In this document: piece by piece, positions 1-8,000 of the stretch
Position numbering within the stretch: the stretch's first letter is position 1
Layout of the letters: each line of letters begins with the position of its first letter
Assembly (NCBI GenBank): GCA_041640075.1
Contig: JBEQAY010000004.1
Coordinates: 1 to 56,250 of the forward strand
DNA from: Candidatus Nanohaloarchaea archaeon
GTDB lineage: Archaea; Nanohalarchaeota; Nanosalinia; Nanosalinales; Nanosalinaceae
Length of the DNA stretch: 56,250 nucleotides
Reading direction: 5' to 3'
Notes under the pieces: generated by a model
What the model saw: the letters and a program-made list of their open reading frames with translations, nothing else
Told to the model about the DNA's origin: nothing
Databases searched by the model: none
Made by a program: the position numbers and the translations under genes

Positions 1-283
1 CGTATCCGCGGTCAACCATGAAGTCCTCGAATAATTCCCAGGACTCGGTGTGTGTCAGTGTCTCGGTAGTCGGTGAATCGTTGATGAATGTGTATCCGTC
101 GCCGCACTCCGGTTCTCCGCAGATTTCGCGGTCGTCGTTTTTGGCCCAGAAGTAAAGGCCGCAGTTGCTGCACTGGCCTCGACTGAATCCTTTTTCTCTG
201 AGTATATCTGTTGCGAAGAACTTGTCTGGTTTGTTGCTGGCTTCTTCCTTGATCTCTTCTTTCAGCTGGTCGAGGCTTTTCAT
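1..283 (-). CDS. alaS: Alanyl-tRNA synthetase, archaeal type (5' part; runs off the window start)
   Basis: Not in the ORF track. Manual translation from ATG at 283 gives MKSLDQLKEE...GFSRGQCSNCGLYFWAKNDDREICGEPECGDGYTFI, the CxxC/CGxPxC Zn-ribbon N-terminus of archaeal AlaRS. It lies downstream of rpl12, as in many archaea. Confidence 0.9.
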   Translation of the reverse strand, partial: MKSLDQLKEEIKEEASNKPDKFFATDILREKGFSRGQCSNCGLYFWAKNDDREICGEPECGDGYTFINDSPTTETLTHTESWELFEDFMVDRGY

Positions 284-454
284 ATCGAAAGGTTTCCTAA
301 GAAATTTTTTATCATTAAACAGGTGGGGAGAGGAGAATCTAGGTGGCTGCGGAGTACCACTCTTCCAGACCCGGATCAACTTCCATGTGATCTGAAGCAT
401 CTGTCGACGCTGGGTTAAGGTATTTCAGTTCGTCAGATAGGGCTCTAATATTTT

Positions 455-482
455 GGAGAAAAAGAAAGGAGGGGAAATGTGG
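455..482 (-). terminator. Pyrimidine/T-rich tract, putative archaeal terminator
   Basis: The minus strand reads ttcccctcctttctttttctcc just after the stop of 487..1239. Confidence 0.45.
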
Positions 483-486
483 TTTT

Positions 487-1239
487 TTAGCCAAGTTCTC
501 TTGAGAACTCTTCGAGAATCTTCAGCATTACTGGTGCCAGTACTGGACCGAGCACAACTGTGATCAGTGCGCTTACTACGAATTCAGGTGCTGCCAGGGT
601 TGCAAGCCCGAATAGGATAGTTGCACCCATATAAATCAGGAAATATCCTATCAGAGACATCAGAATATTTAATCTGCTGCCTTTGGTATCCTGTATGCTC
701 TTGTCCAGTGCCTCAAACATTCTCCTGTCATCGATCGCGATGAAAGGCTGTGCGAGGATGAGCATAACTGAAACGTAGATTAGAGCTCCAAGTCCCAGTA
801 AACCACCTATACCTGCCAGTGCAAGTACTCCGGCGCTTGCTGAAGTAAGTCCTGCCAGTGAGGTGATTCCTGAAGTTGCTGCGGCCAGTAGTGCCGGGCC
901 AAGGAAGATGAATGCAACCATGTAGGCAAGTATGCCTGTTATCAGGTTGGCTCCTGCAATTCTTCCGAACGGCCATACGAGGTTCTCCCTGAAGTGTTCA
1001 AGTTTTACCTCTTCTTCTCTAAGGCTTCTAAGCCCTCCTATTGTGGCTACAACTCCCAGTAAACCTCCCAGTATGCTGATTGTTGCGCCTGCTGAGATCA
1101 TCGACATCTCCTCCATAAGGTAGGAGGATGCATAGTTCAGAAGCTGTATGACAAAGAAAATTCCAACCAGCTTCTGACCAGTCGATGATTTCAAAATCCC
1201 GAAAGAGTTCCTCAAAACGTCAACTGAACTTACTGACAT
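487..1239 (-). CDS. Multi-pass integral membrane protein (about 6 TM), function unknown
   Basis: Several long hydrophobic segments. The 'FEALDKSIQDTKG' pattern resembles that of GDPD-membrane-domain-like families. Confidence 0.75.
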   Translation of the reverse strand: MSVSSVDVLRNSFGILKSSTGQKLVGIFFVIQLLNYASSYLMEEMSMISAGATISILGGLLGVVATIGGLRSLREEEVKLEHFRENLVWPFGRIAGANLITGILAYMVAFIFLGPALLAAATSGITSLAGLTSASAGVLALAGIGGLLGLGALIYVSVMLILAQPFIAIDDRRMFEALDKSIQDTKGSRLNILMSLIGYFLIYMGATILFGLATLAAPEFVVSALITVVLGPVLAPVMLKILEEFSRELG

Positions 1240-1284
1240 AAGTTACAACTTGGTTATCCGGACTTAAAATCTATTTGGAACTCG

Positions 1285-1330
1285 CGTAAAAGAAAAATTG
1301 GAAAAGAAAAGGTGAAAAGACAGGAAATCA
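1285..1330 (-). terminator. T-rich terminator-like tract after rpl12
   Basis: The minus strand reads tcttttcaccttttcttttccaattttttctttt downstream of the rpl12 stop. Confidence 0.55.
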
Positions 1331-1340
1331 GCTTGGGACT

Positions 1341-1652
1341 TTAGAACATGTTTCCAAGTCCTTCAGCAGCTTCTTCCTCGTCAGCTTCGTCCTCATCTTC
1401 TTCCTCTTCCTCAGCTTCCTCTTCTTCGTCAGCTGAATCGTCGGAAGAACCGCCGGAAGGTGCTGCTGCGCCGCCTGCAACTGCTGTCTCCATCGCTTCC
1501 TGGATGTCGACATCTTCAAGAGCTGCGACTAGAGCTGCAATTTCGGAATCCTCAACGTCTAGACCTGCTGCGTTGACGATGTCCTGTAGGTTATCTTCTG
1601 TGATTTCCTTGTCTGCTTCTGAAAGTGTAAGTGCTGCGTAGATTAGTTCCAT
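1341..1652 (-). CDS. rpl12: 50S ribosomal stalk protein P1/L12
   Basis: MELIYAALTL N-terminus, Ala-rich hinge, acidic tail ending GLGNMF; GGTGA Shine-Dalgarno upstream. Confidence 0.97.
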   Translation of the reverse strand: MELIYAALTLSEADKEITEDNLQDIVNAAGLDVEDSEIAALVAALEDVDIQEAMETAVAGGAAAPSGGSSDDSADEEEEAEEEEEDEDEADEEEAAEGLGNMF

Positions 1653-1721
1653 AATTTATTCACCAATATCCGAGAAAGAGGAGACAACCCTTAAAAAACT
1701 CTCTTGCATAGATCACTACAG

Positions 1722-2441
1722 ATGGCTAGGATTGATTTCTCAAGGATGCCGGAAAACTTTCGCGTCAGACTTTCAGAGTCAGGAAAAAACGATCTATGGC
1801 ACCGCGTCGACGAATTCGGAGGCGTAAAAAATCTGGCAGACGCCTTCGACTACTCCCAGTCAAAAATCTACAACTGGAAAAGCAAAGATCTCGGACTTCC
1901 TGTAAACTTTGTACGTCAGATAATGGGGGAAAACAACACGGAAGAAATAATTCTACTGAAAGGACCTGGGAGCAGCGGAAAAATCGAAAATCCAAACTTT
2001 CCGCTCGAGATTTCTGAGGAACTCCTGACAAGAGTAAAGCTTTCCGTAAAGGAAAACTCCGACGGCACGCCTATCTACATCACACAGGAGAAAAGTCTGG
2101 CGGAGAGGTTTTCAGAATTGCTGGAGAAACTTGGAGAGGTAGAGTACAAAGTTTATTCACGGGACTCAAGATTCGAATTAAGATATCCCAAGTTCCTGCA
2201 TGAAGTTTTCATCAGCATAGATTTTGAGGAAAATCTTGGTGCGCTGGTAGATGAGAAAGGAAAAATTCAGGAGGGAAAAATACTACTTGACGACAGGGAA
2301 ATTCCTGTAGAAGATTTTGACGGAAAGCTTTATTCCCGCGAGAAAAGCTTCGAGCTGGCACTGGAACGTGGTGACTCAGAAAAGATCGCAGAGATGATGG
2401 CGGAGGAGTCTGAGAAAGTTAAAGGATTGATTGATAGCTGA
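1722..2441 (+). CDS. Putative DNA-binding protein: Cro/XRE-like HTH plus degenerate LAGLIDADG-like domain
   Basis: HTH-like VKNLADAFDYSQSKIYNWK; FPLEISEELL...YITQEKSLAERFSELL...FELRYPK pattern; LGALVDEKG motif. ATG at 1722 preferred over TTG at 1704. Confidence 0.55.
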   Translation: MARIDFSRMPENFRVRLSESGKNDLWHRVDEFGGVKNLADAFDYSQSKIYNWKSKDLGLPVNFVRQIMGENNTEEIILLKGPGSSGKIENPNFPLEISEELLTRVKLSVKENSDGTPIYITQEKSLAERFSELLEKLGEVEYKVYSRDSRFELRYPKFLHEVFISIDFEENLGALVDEKGKIQEGKILLDDREIPVEDFDGKLYSREKSFELALERGDSEKIAEMMAEESEKVKGLIDS

Positions 2442-2451
2442 ATTTTGTTTT

Positions 2452-2733
2452 CTAGTTTCTCCATGTTATGTATCCGAGTATAACCAGTGAGGCTGTTTCC
2501 AGGCTTCTGAGTATCAATCCTTGTTGTGCAACTTTTTCAGCGTACAGCCCCATCATCGTCCAGTTAAAGTAGAAGGCAAGTACGTTTTCCAGGAGGAGGA
2601 TTGATGCGAATATCAGCAGACCCAGTGAGAACTTCGAGTTCAGTTTCTGGTAGTTCTGGGCGTACACATATATAAGGGAAACCAGTATCAGGGCGTTGAG
2701 TCCCGAGAGAACTAGTGACGTTTCGGTAATCAT
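2452..2733 (-). CDS. Small 3-TM membrane protein co-transcribed with the wHTH regulator
   Basis: Three hydrophobic helices; starts 6 nt after the regulator's stop. Confidence 0.75.
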   Translation of the reverse strand: MITETSLVLSGLNALILVSLIYVYAQNYQKLNSKFSLGLLIFASILLLENVLAFYFNWTMMGLYAEKVAQQGLILRSLETASLVILGYITWRN

Positions 2734-2739
2734 GGTTTA

Positions 2740-3033
2740 CTAGTTGCCTCCGTTCTGTTTATCTATCTTTTCCCAGATATCATCGAAAACCTGTATTTCG
2801 TTCTCAAGCCTATCTGATATACTGTACATCTTGCCGTAGTCTTCTTCACCAGCCTCCACGAGGCCGTTGTCTTCAAGTTTTCTGAGGTGGTACGTGACGG
2901 TTTTGTAGTCTAGATTCAGGTTTTCCGAGAGCTGGTTAGGGTTGAATGGTCGTTCCCTGAGTTCGTTGATTATCTTGGCACGTGTCTCTCCTCCTTTCGT
3001 ACCCCCTATAAGGTGCCAGAGAAGAGATTTCAT
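2740..3033 (-). CDS. ArsR-like winged-helix transcriptional regulator
   Basis: GTKGGETRAKII...PFNPNQLSENLNLDYKTVTYHLRKLEDNGLV is a typical archaeal ArsR/HTH. Start at MKSLLW (3033) preferred. Confidence 0.88.
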   Translation of the reverse strand: MKSLLWHLIGGTKGGETRAKIINELRERPFNPNQLSENLNLDYKTVTYHLRKLEDNGLVEAGEEDYGKMYSISDRLENEIQVFDDIWEKIDKQNGGN

Positions 3034-3144
3034 GTCCGTGCCAAAGGTCATGTCGAAAACAGTAAGTCGCAGGATTAAAAATTATGTATTAGAGCATTAT
3101 CCTGAGAAGGCTGGTGACTGCGTTGCAATTTTTCAGTTGGAATC

Positions 3145-3165
3145 AATTTGGGAAACAATCTGGAA
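3145..3165 (+). promoter_or_regulatory. Putative operator (tandem TGG[A/G]A half-sites) upstream of the redox operon
   Basis: aatttgggaaacaatctggaa, 17/21 identical to 6614..6634; a TATA-like ctttat follows about 26 nt before the ATG at 3205. Confidence 0.55.
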
Positions 3166-3204
3166 TTGGTTAAAAACCCTTTATCGCATTAGTAATGGAT
3201 AGTT

Positions 3205-3489
3205 ATGATTGAAGAGCTTAAGAAGAACAAGTTTTTGTTGGCAGTGCTGCTAGTAGTAGGTATAGGTGGCGTAGTTTTTGCGGCTATCCAGACAGACCTG
3301 ATTGATTCAGTGACTGGAGAAGAACCACAGGATCATTCTGGCGAAGCTATGGAGGCCGGAGAGGCCATGAAAGCCCAGGATGATCTAGGTGAAGAGTCAA
3401 CAGACTCAGATTCCATGGACTCTGGAGGCTCCATGAATGACTCCGTGGATTCAAATGACTCGATGAACGATTCAATGTCGGAGCAGTGA
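3205..3489 (+). CDS. Membrane-anchored Met/Ser/Asp-rich small protein
   Basis: Basic N-terminus and one TM helix, then a low-complexity acidic tail with six Met in EAM/DSM/GSM repeats. Confidence 0.8.
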   Translation: MIEELKKNKFLLAVLLVVGIGGVVFAAIQTDLIDSVTGEEPQDHSGEAMEAGEAMKAQDDLGEESTDSDSMDSGGSMNDSVDSNDSMNDSMSEQ

Positions 3490-3496
3490 TTCAATA

Positions 3497-4201
3497 ATGG
3501 CGGCAGAACCTACCCTGGTATTTTCCTTCTTTGCAGGGCTTCTTTCCTTTTTATCGCCCTGTATGCTGCCTGTAATACCAGCATTCATCGCACACATGGC
3601 AGGAGCCAATCTTGAAGATAACTTTAACAGGAGGAAAGTGTTCCTGACTGCTCTGCTTTTCGTAACAGGGTTTTCGGTGGTCTTCGGGATACTGGGTGTC
3701 CTTCTTAACTCATTCCTCGAATCAGCGAGTACACAGATACTTCACTACCTCTCGATCTTCGCTGGAGGCCTGATAATATTCTTCGGTGCACACCTGACAG
3801 GGATAATAAGCATACCAAACCTTGACAGGGAGCACAAGCTTGGACTGGAAGACAAGCTTGGATCAGGCTATATTTCATCCTTCATACTTGGAGCAGCCTT
3901 CGCCGTAGGCTGGACACCTTGCGTGGGACCTATCCTTGGAAGCGTCTTCGCACTGGCATCTACGAGCCCTGGTTCGGCGTTCTTCCTGCTCCTGGCTTAC
4001 TCTATAGGACTTGGAGCGCCGTTCCTGTTGATAGGTGCTTTCCCTAACAGGTTCAGAGAGTACATCATGCAGAGGATGGACAAGGTTTCAAAGGTCAGGA
4101 CAGTCTTTGGTTACATAATGATCCTGATGGGGGTACTGATCGCGACACAAAATCTTTCACTGCTGGCCAGCTTCGGAATACTGAATGAGGTGCTGCTATG
4201 A
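3497..4201 (+). CDS. ccdA: CcdA/DsbD transmembrane electron transporter
   Basis: AGLLSFLSPCMLP and GWTPCVGPILG motifs; about 6 TM. Confidence 0.93.
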   Translation: MAAEPTLVFSFFAGLLSFLSPCMLPVIPAFIAHMAGANLEDNFNRRKVFLTALLFVTGFSVVFGILGVLLNSFLESASTQILHYLSIFAGGLIIFFGAHLTGIISIPNLDREHKLGLEDKLGSGYISSFILGAAFAVGWTPCVGPILGSVFALASTSPGSAFFLLLAYSIGLGAPFLLIGAFPNRFREYIMQRMDKVSKVRTVFGYIMILMGVLIATQNLSLLASFGILNEVLL

Positions 4202-5316
4202 ATATCGAGGTAGAAAAACCCTATCAGTTCGCCGTGCTAATGCTACTGGTCGCAGGAGCAATAGGATTCAGCCTGGTAAACACTCCTGAAGGAGCAAATA
4301 CTGAAGGTATAGATGTCATGAACGAGACAGAGGCTGTCGAAATGAAGCAGGAAGAGTTCCAGAGGGCGAAACCTCTGGTTAATCCTACAGGTTACATCAA
4401 CACCGACAACGTCTCGATAGAGGAGAACATCGGAGAGAAAGTTATACTGCTTGATATGTGGACCTATAGCTGTATAAACTGTCAGAGAACATTTCCACAT
4501 CTGAAAGAGTGGAACAGGAAGTATAGGGACGACGGACTGCTTATCATAGGAAACCATGGACCAGAGTTTGAATTCGAGAAGAAGAGATCCAACGTCGAGG
4601 ACGCGGTCGAAAAATACAACCTGACCTACCCCATTGTCCTCGACAACAACTACGGAACCTGGAACGCCTACAACAATCGTTACTGGCCCCAGAAATACCT
4701 GATAGGGGTTGACGGATTCATCAGATACGAGCACATTGGAGAAGGAAGATACGAGCAGACAGAGGAGAAGATAAGAGAGCTGCTCAAGGAACTGAAGATG
4801 CGGAATGGACAGGATCCAACACTGACCGATGAGATAGGTCAGAGTCCGGAGGAAGAGCAGCTTGACTCGACAGACGTGAACTCCGACATGATCAAGACAC
4901 CTGAAATATACCTGGGGACCTACAGGAATGATTACCTGGCCAACGGGCGGAACGGCACGAAAGGGACTCAGAACCTCACTGTCCCAGAAGAATTGGAAAA
5001 GAACAATCTTTATCTGGGTGGAGAATGGAACTTTGAGGAAGAATACGCTGAAAACAGTGGTTCGGGAGAGATACTGTTGAGATACGAGGCGAAGAGAGTC
5101 AACATGGTGCTGGAAGGAGATAACACAACAATCAAGGTATACCAGGACGGAGAACTGGTATCAGAATCCGCAGGAAGAAATGTGGAAAACGGAAGAGTTA
5201 AAGTCGGAGACGAACAGCTGTACAACCTGGTGGCGAACAACGAGTATGGCGAACATAGATTGAGGATCAAGGTTGAAAACGGCGCCCTGAAAGCCTATAC
5301 ATTCACATTCGGATAG
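4198..5316 (+). CDS. Membrane-anchored thioredoxin, DipZ C-terminal type
   Basis: N-terminal TM; WTYSCINC active site; HGPEFEFEK and NRYWP motifs; C-terminal TPEIYLG...AYTFTFG domain as in DipZ. Confidence 0.88.
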   Translation: MNIEVEKPYQFAVLMLLVAGAIGFSLVNTPEGANTEGIDVMNETEAVEMKQEEFQRAKPLVNPTGYINTDNVSIEENIGEKVILLDMWTYSCINCQRTFPHLKEWNRKYRDDGLLIIGNHGPEFEFEKKRSNVEDAVEKYNLTYPIVLDNNYGTWNAYNNRYWPQKYLIGVDGFIRYEHIGEGRYEQTEEKIRELLKELKMRNGQDPTLTDEIGQSPEEEQLDSTDVNSDMIKTPEIYLGTYRNDYLANGRNGTKGTQNLTVPEELEKNNLYLGGEWNFEEEYAENSGSGEILLRYEAKRVNMVLEGDNTTIKVYQDGELVSESAGRNVENGRVKVGDEQLYNLVANNEYGEHRLRIKVENGALKAYTFTFG

Positions 5317-5340
5317 AAAAGAGAAATGAGGAGATGAGAT

Positions 5341-5880
5341 ATGAAAACTAAAGATTTCGACCGAAAAACGTATATACTGGCAGGTTCAGCTCTGGCGCTG
5401 GCCATTTTCGTAGCTTTTGGAGCAACTCAAAACGCTAGAACTACAGGAGCAGTCAATTCATCGGCCTGGCAGGAAGTGGAGCTCCAGGACGTGAACTCTG
5501 GTGACTCATTCACTGTAACAGAGCTTGAGAAGCCTCTTCTTGTTGAAACGTTTGCTGTCTGGTGTCCGACCTGTACAAACCAGCAGAACGAGATAAAGAA
5601 ACTGAAAGAAGATTCCAACGTAACTTCAGTTTCTCTAGACGTCGATTCCAATGAAGACGAGCAACAGATCAGCCGACACACGGAGGAAAACGGTTTCGAC
5701 TGGCGCTACGCCATCTCGCCGCCTGAACTGACACGTATGCTGATCCAGGAGTACGGTAACTCCATCGCGAATCCTCCTTCAGCACCGGTAGTGCTTGTTT
5801 GTGAAAACAGCAGCAGAAGGCTTTCAAACGGTGTGAAAACAGCTTCCACACTCCAACAGGAGATACAGGAGGGTTGCTGA
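5341..5880 (+). CDS. Membrane-anchored thioredoxin-fold (TlpA-like) protein
   Basis: N-terminal TM; FAVWCPTC motif; two further C-terminal Cys. Confidence 0.85.
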   Translation: MKTKDFDRKTYILAGSALALAIFVAFGATQNARTTGAVNSSAWQEVELQDVNSGDSFTVTELEKPLLVETFAVWCPTCTNQQNEIKKLKEDSNVTSVSLDVDSNEDEQQISRHTEENGFDWRYAISPPELTRMLIQEYGNSIANPPSAPVVLVCENSSRRLSNGVKTASTLQQEIQEGC

Positions 5881-6555
5881 ATGGTACTCGGAGAGCTGTC
5901 AACATCGTTTCTTCTTGGACTTGCTACGCCTCTGACAGCTCTCTGCGTGATACCTCTTTATCCCAGCTTTATCTCATACCTTTCAAAACAGCTTGACGGA
6001 GATACTGATCAGAAGACGTACCTTTTCTTTGGTTTGCTGGTTGTGGCGGGAGTCATTAGCTTCATGCTGGCACTTGGACTGGTTTTCTCCACTCTGCTTC
6101 AGGCATCGCTTACAAGCGTGATCGAGATAGTTTCACCGGTAGCCTTTGCCGTCTTAGGTTTGATGGGTATCGCCATGATGCTGGACCTAGATTTCCAGAG
6201 CTACCTGCCCTCGAAGAGGACTCCGGAGTTCGAGAATCCGCTTGTGAACGCCTACGGCTTCGGTTTCTTCTTCGGCGCCATAATCATCCCCTGCAACCCT
6301 GCGTTCATCGCAACTTTCTTTGCAAGAGCGTTCCTGTTCGAAACACCTGTTACAAGCTTCCTGAACTTCATGTCGTTCGGACTCGGTATAGGCTTCCCGT
6401 TGCTGGCTTTCTCCGTGATTTCACAGTCAAAGAGCCAGGAAGTAATCAAAACACTCCAGAAACACTCATCGATAATACACAGAGGGTCAGGCCTTGTCAT
6501 GATGGTTATATCACTTTACTACCTGATCAAGGTCTTCAACGTACTGACTATCTAG
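5881..6555 (+). CDS. Second, divergent CcdA-family membrane protein
   Basis: PLTALCVIPLYP and AIIIPCNP Cys motifs; about 6 TM; GLGIGFPLL. Confidence 0.82.
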   Translation: MVLGELSTSFLLGLATPLTALCVIPLYPSFISYLSKQLDGDTDQKTYLFFGLLVVAGVISFMLALGLVFSTLLQASLTSVIEIVSPVAFAVLGLMGIAMMLDLDFQSYLPSKRTPEFENPLVNAYGFGFFFGAIIIPCNPAFIATFFARAFLFETPVTSFLNFMSFGLGIGFPLLAFSVISQSKSQEVIKTLQKHSSIIHRGSGLVMMVISLYYLIKVFNVLTI

Positions 6556-6613
6556 AATCAGGAGGTTGAAATCAACTAGATGATCAAAAACCATGACAGA
6601 TCGCAGGTTCCTG

Positions 6614-6634
6614 AATCTGGGAGAGATTCTGGAA
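6614..6634 (+). promoter_or_regulatory. Putative operator upstream of msrB-msrA
   Basis: aatctgggagagattctggaa, followed by a TATA-like ttttat at 6640; matches 3145..3165 at 17/21 positions. Confidence 0.55.
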
Positions 6635-6668
6635 AGCGGTTTTATGCAAAGACGAGGAACATAGTACT

Positions 6669-7280
6669 ATGAATTACAGGGCTAAACTGGAGGATAAACG
6701 AGTACTTGCAGTCCTCGGTTTCGTTTTTTCAGGTCTGCTCCTTGCAGCGATTTCTGTATCAATCTCCGGACAGTTCATGGCTTCAGATGATGAAAAAACC
6801 GGGGAGGTCCCGGAAAGCAAGGAAGAGTACAGCCAGGAGATCTCACAGTTAACGGAGATGGAGTACTATGTTACACAGCAGAACGGGACGGAACCGGCAT
6901 TTGAAAACCAGTACTACGATCACAAGCAGCCAGGTATCTATGTGGATGCCGTGAGCGGAGAGCCACTTTTTTCCAGCAAGCACAAGTACGACTCCGGCAC
7001 CGGTTGGCCAGCCTTCTATAAACCACTGGAGCCTGAGAATTTGATCATAAGAGAAGATAGAGGGCCGCTGGGTGTCAGAACCGAGGTGGCAAGCAAGGAC
7101 GCAAGAAGTCATCTGGGCCACATCTTCCAGGACGGACCGGAGGATAAAACCGGTTTGAGGTACTGTATAAACAGCGCAGCCCTTGAATTCATCCCTGCAG
7201 AAGACCTAGAGGAGAAGGGATACGCTGAGTACAGCTTGATGTTTGAAACCGAAAACTCGACTCAGGGTGGCGACCAGTGA
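6669..7280 (+). CDS. msrB: Peptide methionine-R-sulfoxide reductase with N-terminal membrane anchor
   Basis: GTEPAF, KYDSGTGWPAF, SHLGHIF and RYCINSAAL motifs; no Zn CxxC pairs; N-terminal TM. Confidence 0.95.
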   Translation: MNYRAKLEDKRVLAVLGFVFSGLLLAAISVSISGQFMASDDEKTGEVPESKEEYSQEISQLTEMEYYVTQQNGTEPAFENQYYDHKQPGIYVDAVSGEPLFSSKHKYDSGTGWPAFYKPLEPENLIIREDRGPLGVRTEVASKDARSHLGHIFQDGPEDKTGLRYCINSAALEFIPAEDLEEKGYAEYSLMFETENSTQGGDQ

Positions 7281-7981
7281 AGGATAGAAACTTCAGGATT
7301 GGCATGGCACTCATAGTCTTCGGATTTGCTGGTGCAGCAGTCCAATTCGGTTATCTGGAGATCCCTTTATCGGGTGTAACCTCTCAGCAACCTGTGAATA
7401 CTGATTCGGGAGTCCAGGAATCCTGGAAACAGAATATAACGAATCAGACGCCTGTAAACGCAACCTTTGCGGGAGGGTGCTTCTGGTGCATAGAGGGAGC
7501 ATACATGGGTGTTGAAGGAGTAGAGGCCGCGATCAGTGGCTACGCAGGTGGCAGAGAATCCACGGCCACGTATGACCAGGTTACCACGGGAGAGACAGAT
7601 CACAGGGAAGCAGTCAGGGTCAGGTACTATCCTTCAATCATTTCCTATCAGGAACTGCTGGAGATATATTGGAAAAGCATCGATCCTACAGATCCCGGCG
7701 GCCAGTTCTCGGACAGAGGACCACAGTACACTACAGCGATCTATCCTCACAACGATGAGCAATATAGGCTCTCAAGGGAATCCAAGCAGAATCTCTCCCA
7801 GTCAGGGAAGTTTGAGGAACCGATTGTAACGGAGATAGAGAACTACACTGCTTTCTTCCGTGCAGAAGACTACCATCAGAACTACTCGAAGAAGAACACT
7901 GCACAGTACAAGGCCTACGAAAGAGCATCCGGAAGGAAAGGATACGTGGAGAAAGTCTGGGACGACAGCCCTCTGACGTAA
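7277..7981 (+). CDS. msrA: Peptide methionine-S-sulfoxide reductase with N-terminal membrane anchor
   Basis: FAGGCFWC, GYAGG, GQFSDRGPQY and AEDYHQNY motifs; GTG start overlaps the msrB stop. Confidence 0.95.
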   Translation: MKDRNFRIGMALIVFGFAGAAVQFGYLEIPLSGVTSQQPVNTDSGVQESWKQNITNQTPVNATFAGGCFWCIEGAYMGVEGVEAAISGYAGGRESTATYDQVTTGETDHREAVRVRYYPSIISYQELLEIYWKSIDPTDPGGQFSDRGPQYTTAIYPHNDEQYRLSRESKQNLSQSGKFEEPIVTEIENYTAFFRAEDYHQNYSKKNTAQYKAYERASGRKGYVEKVWDDSPLT

Positions 7982-8000
7982 AGCTCAGAATAAGTTTTCA

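Noticed and set aside
165..395. 76-aa plus-strand ORF
   Set aside because: It is antisense to the alaS 5' end and lacks the acidic composition of real genes here.
1238..1249. 12-nt match (gttgtaacttat) between the 487..1239 start region and 48242..48253
   Set aside because: A single 12-mer match is expected by chance in a window this size.
6580..6672. 30-codon ORF after a GGAGGT SD-like sequence, overlapping the msrB start
   Set aside because: SD spacing is long, the peptide is featureless, and it runs across the putative operator and TATA. Likely chance or a remnant.
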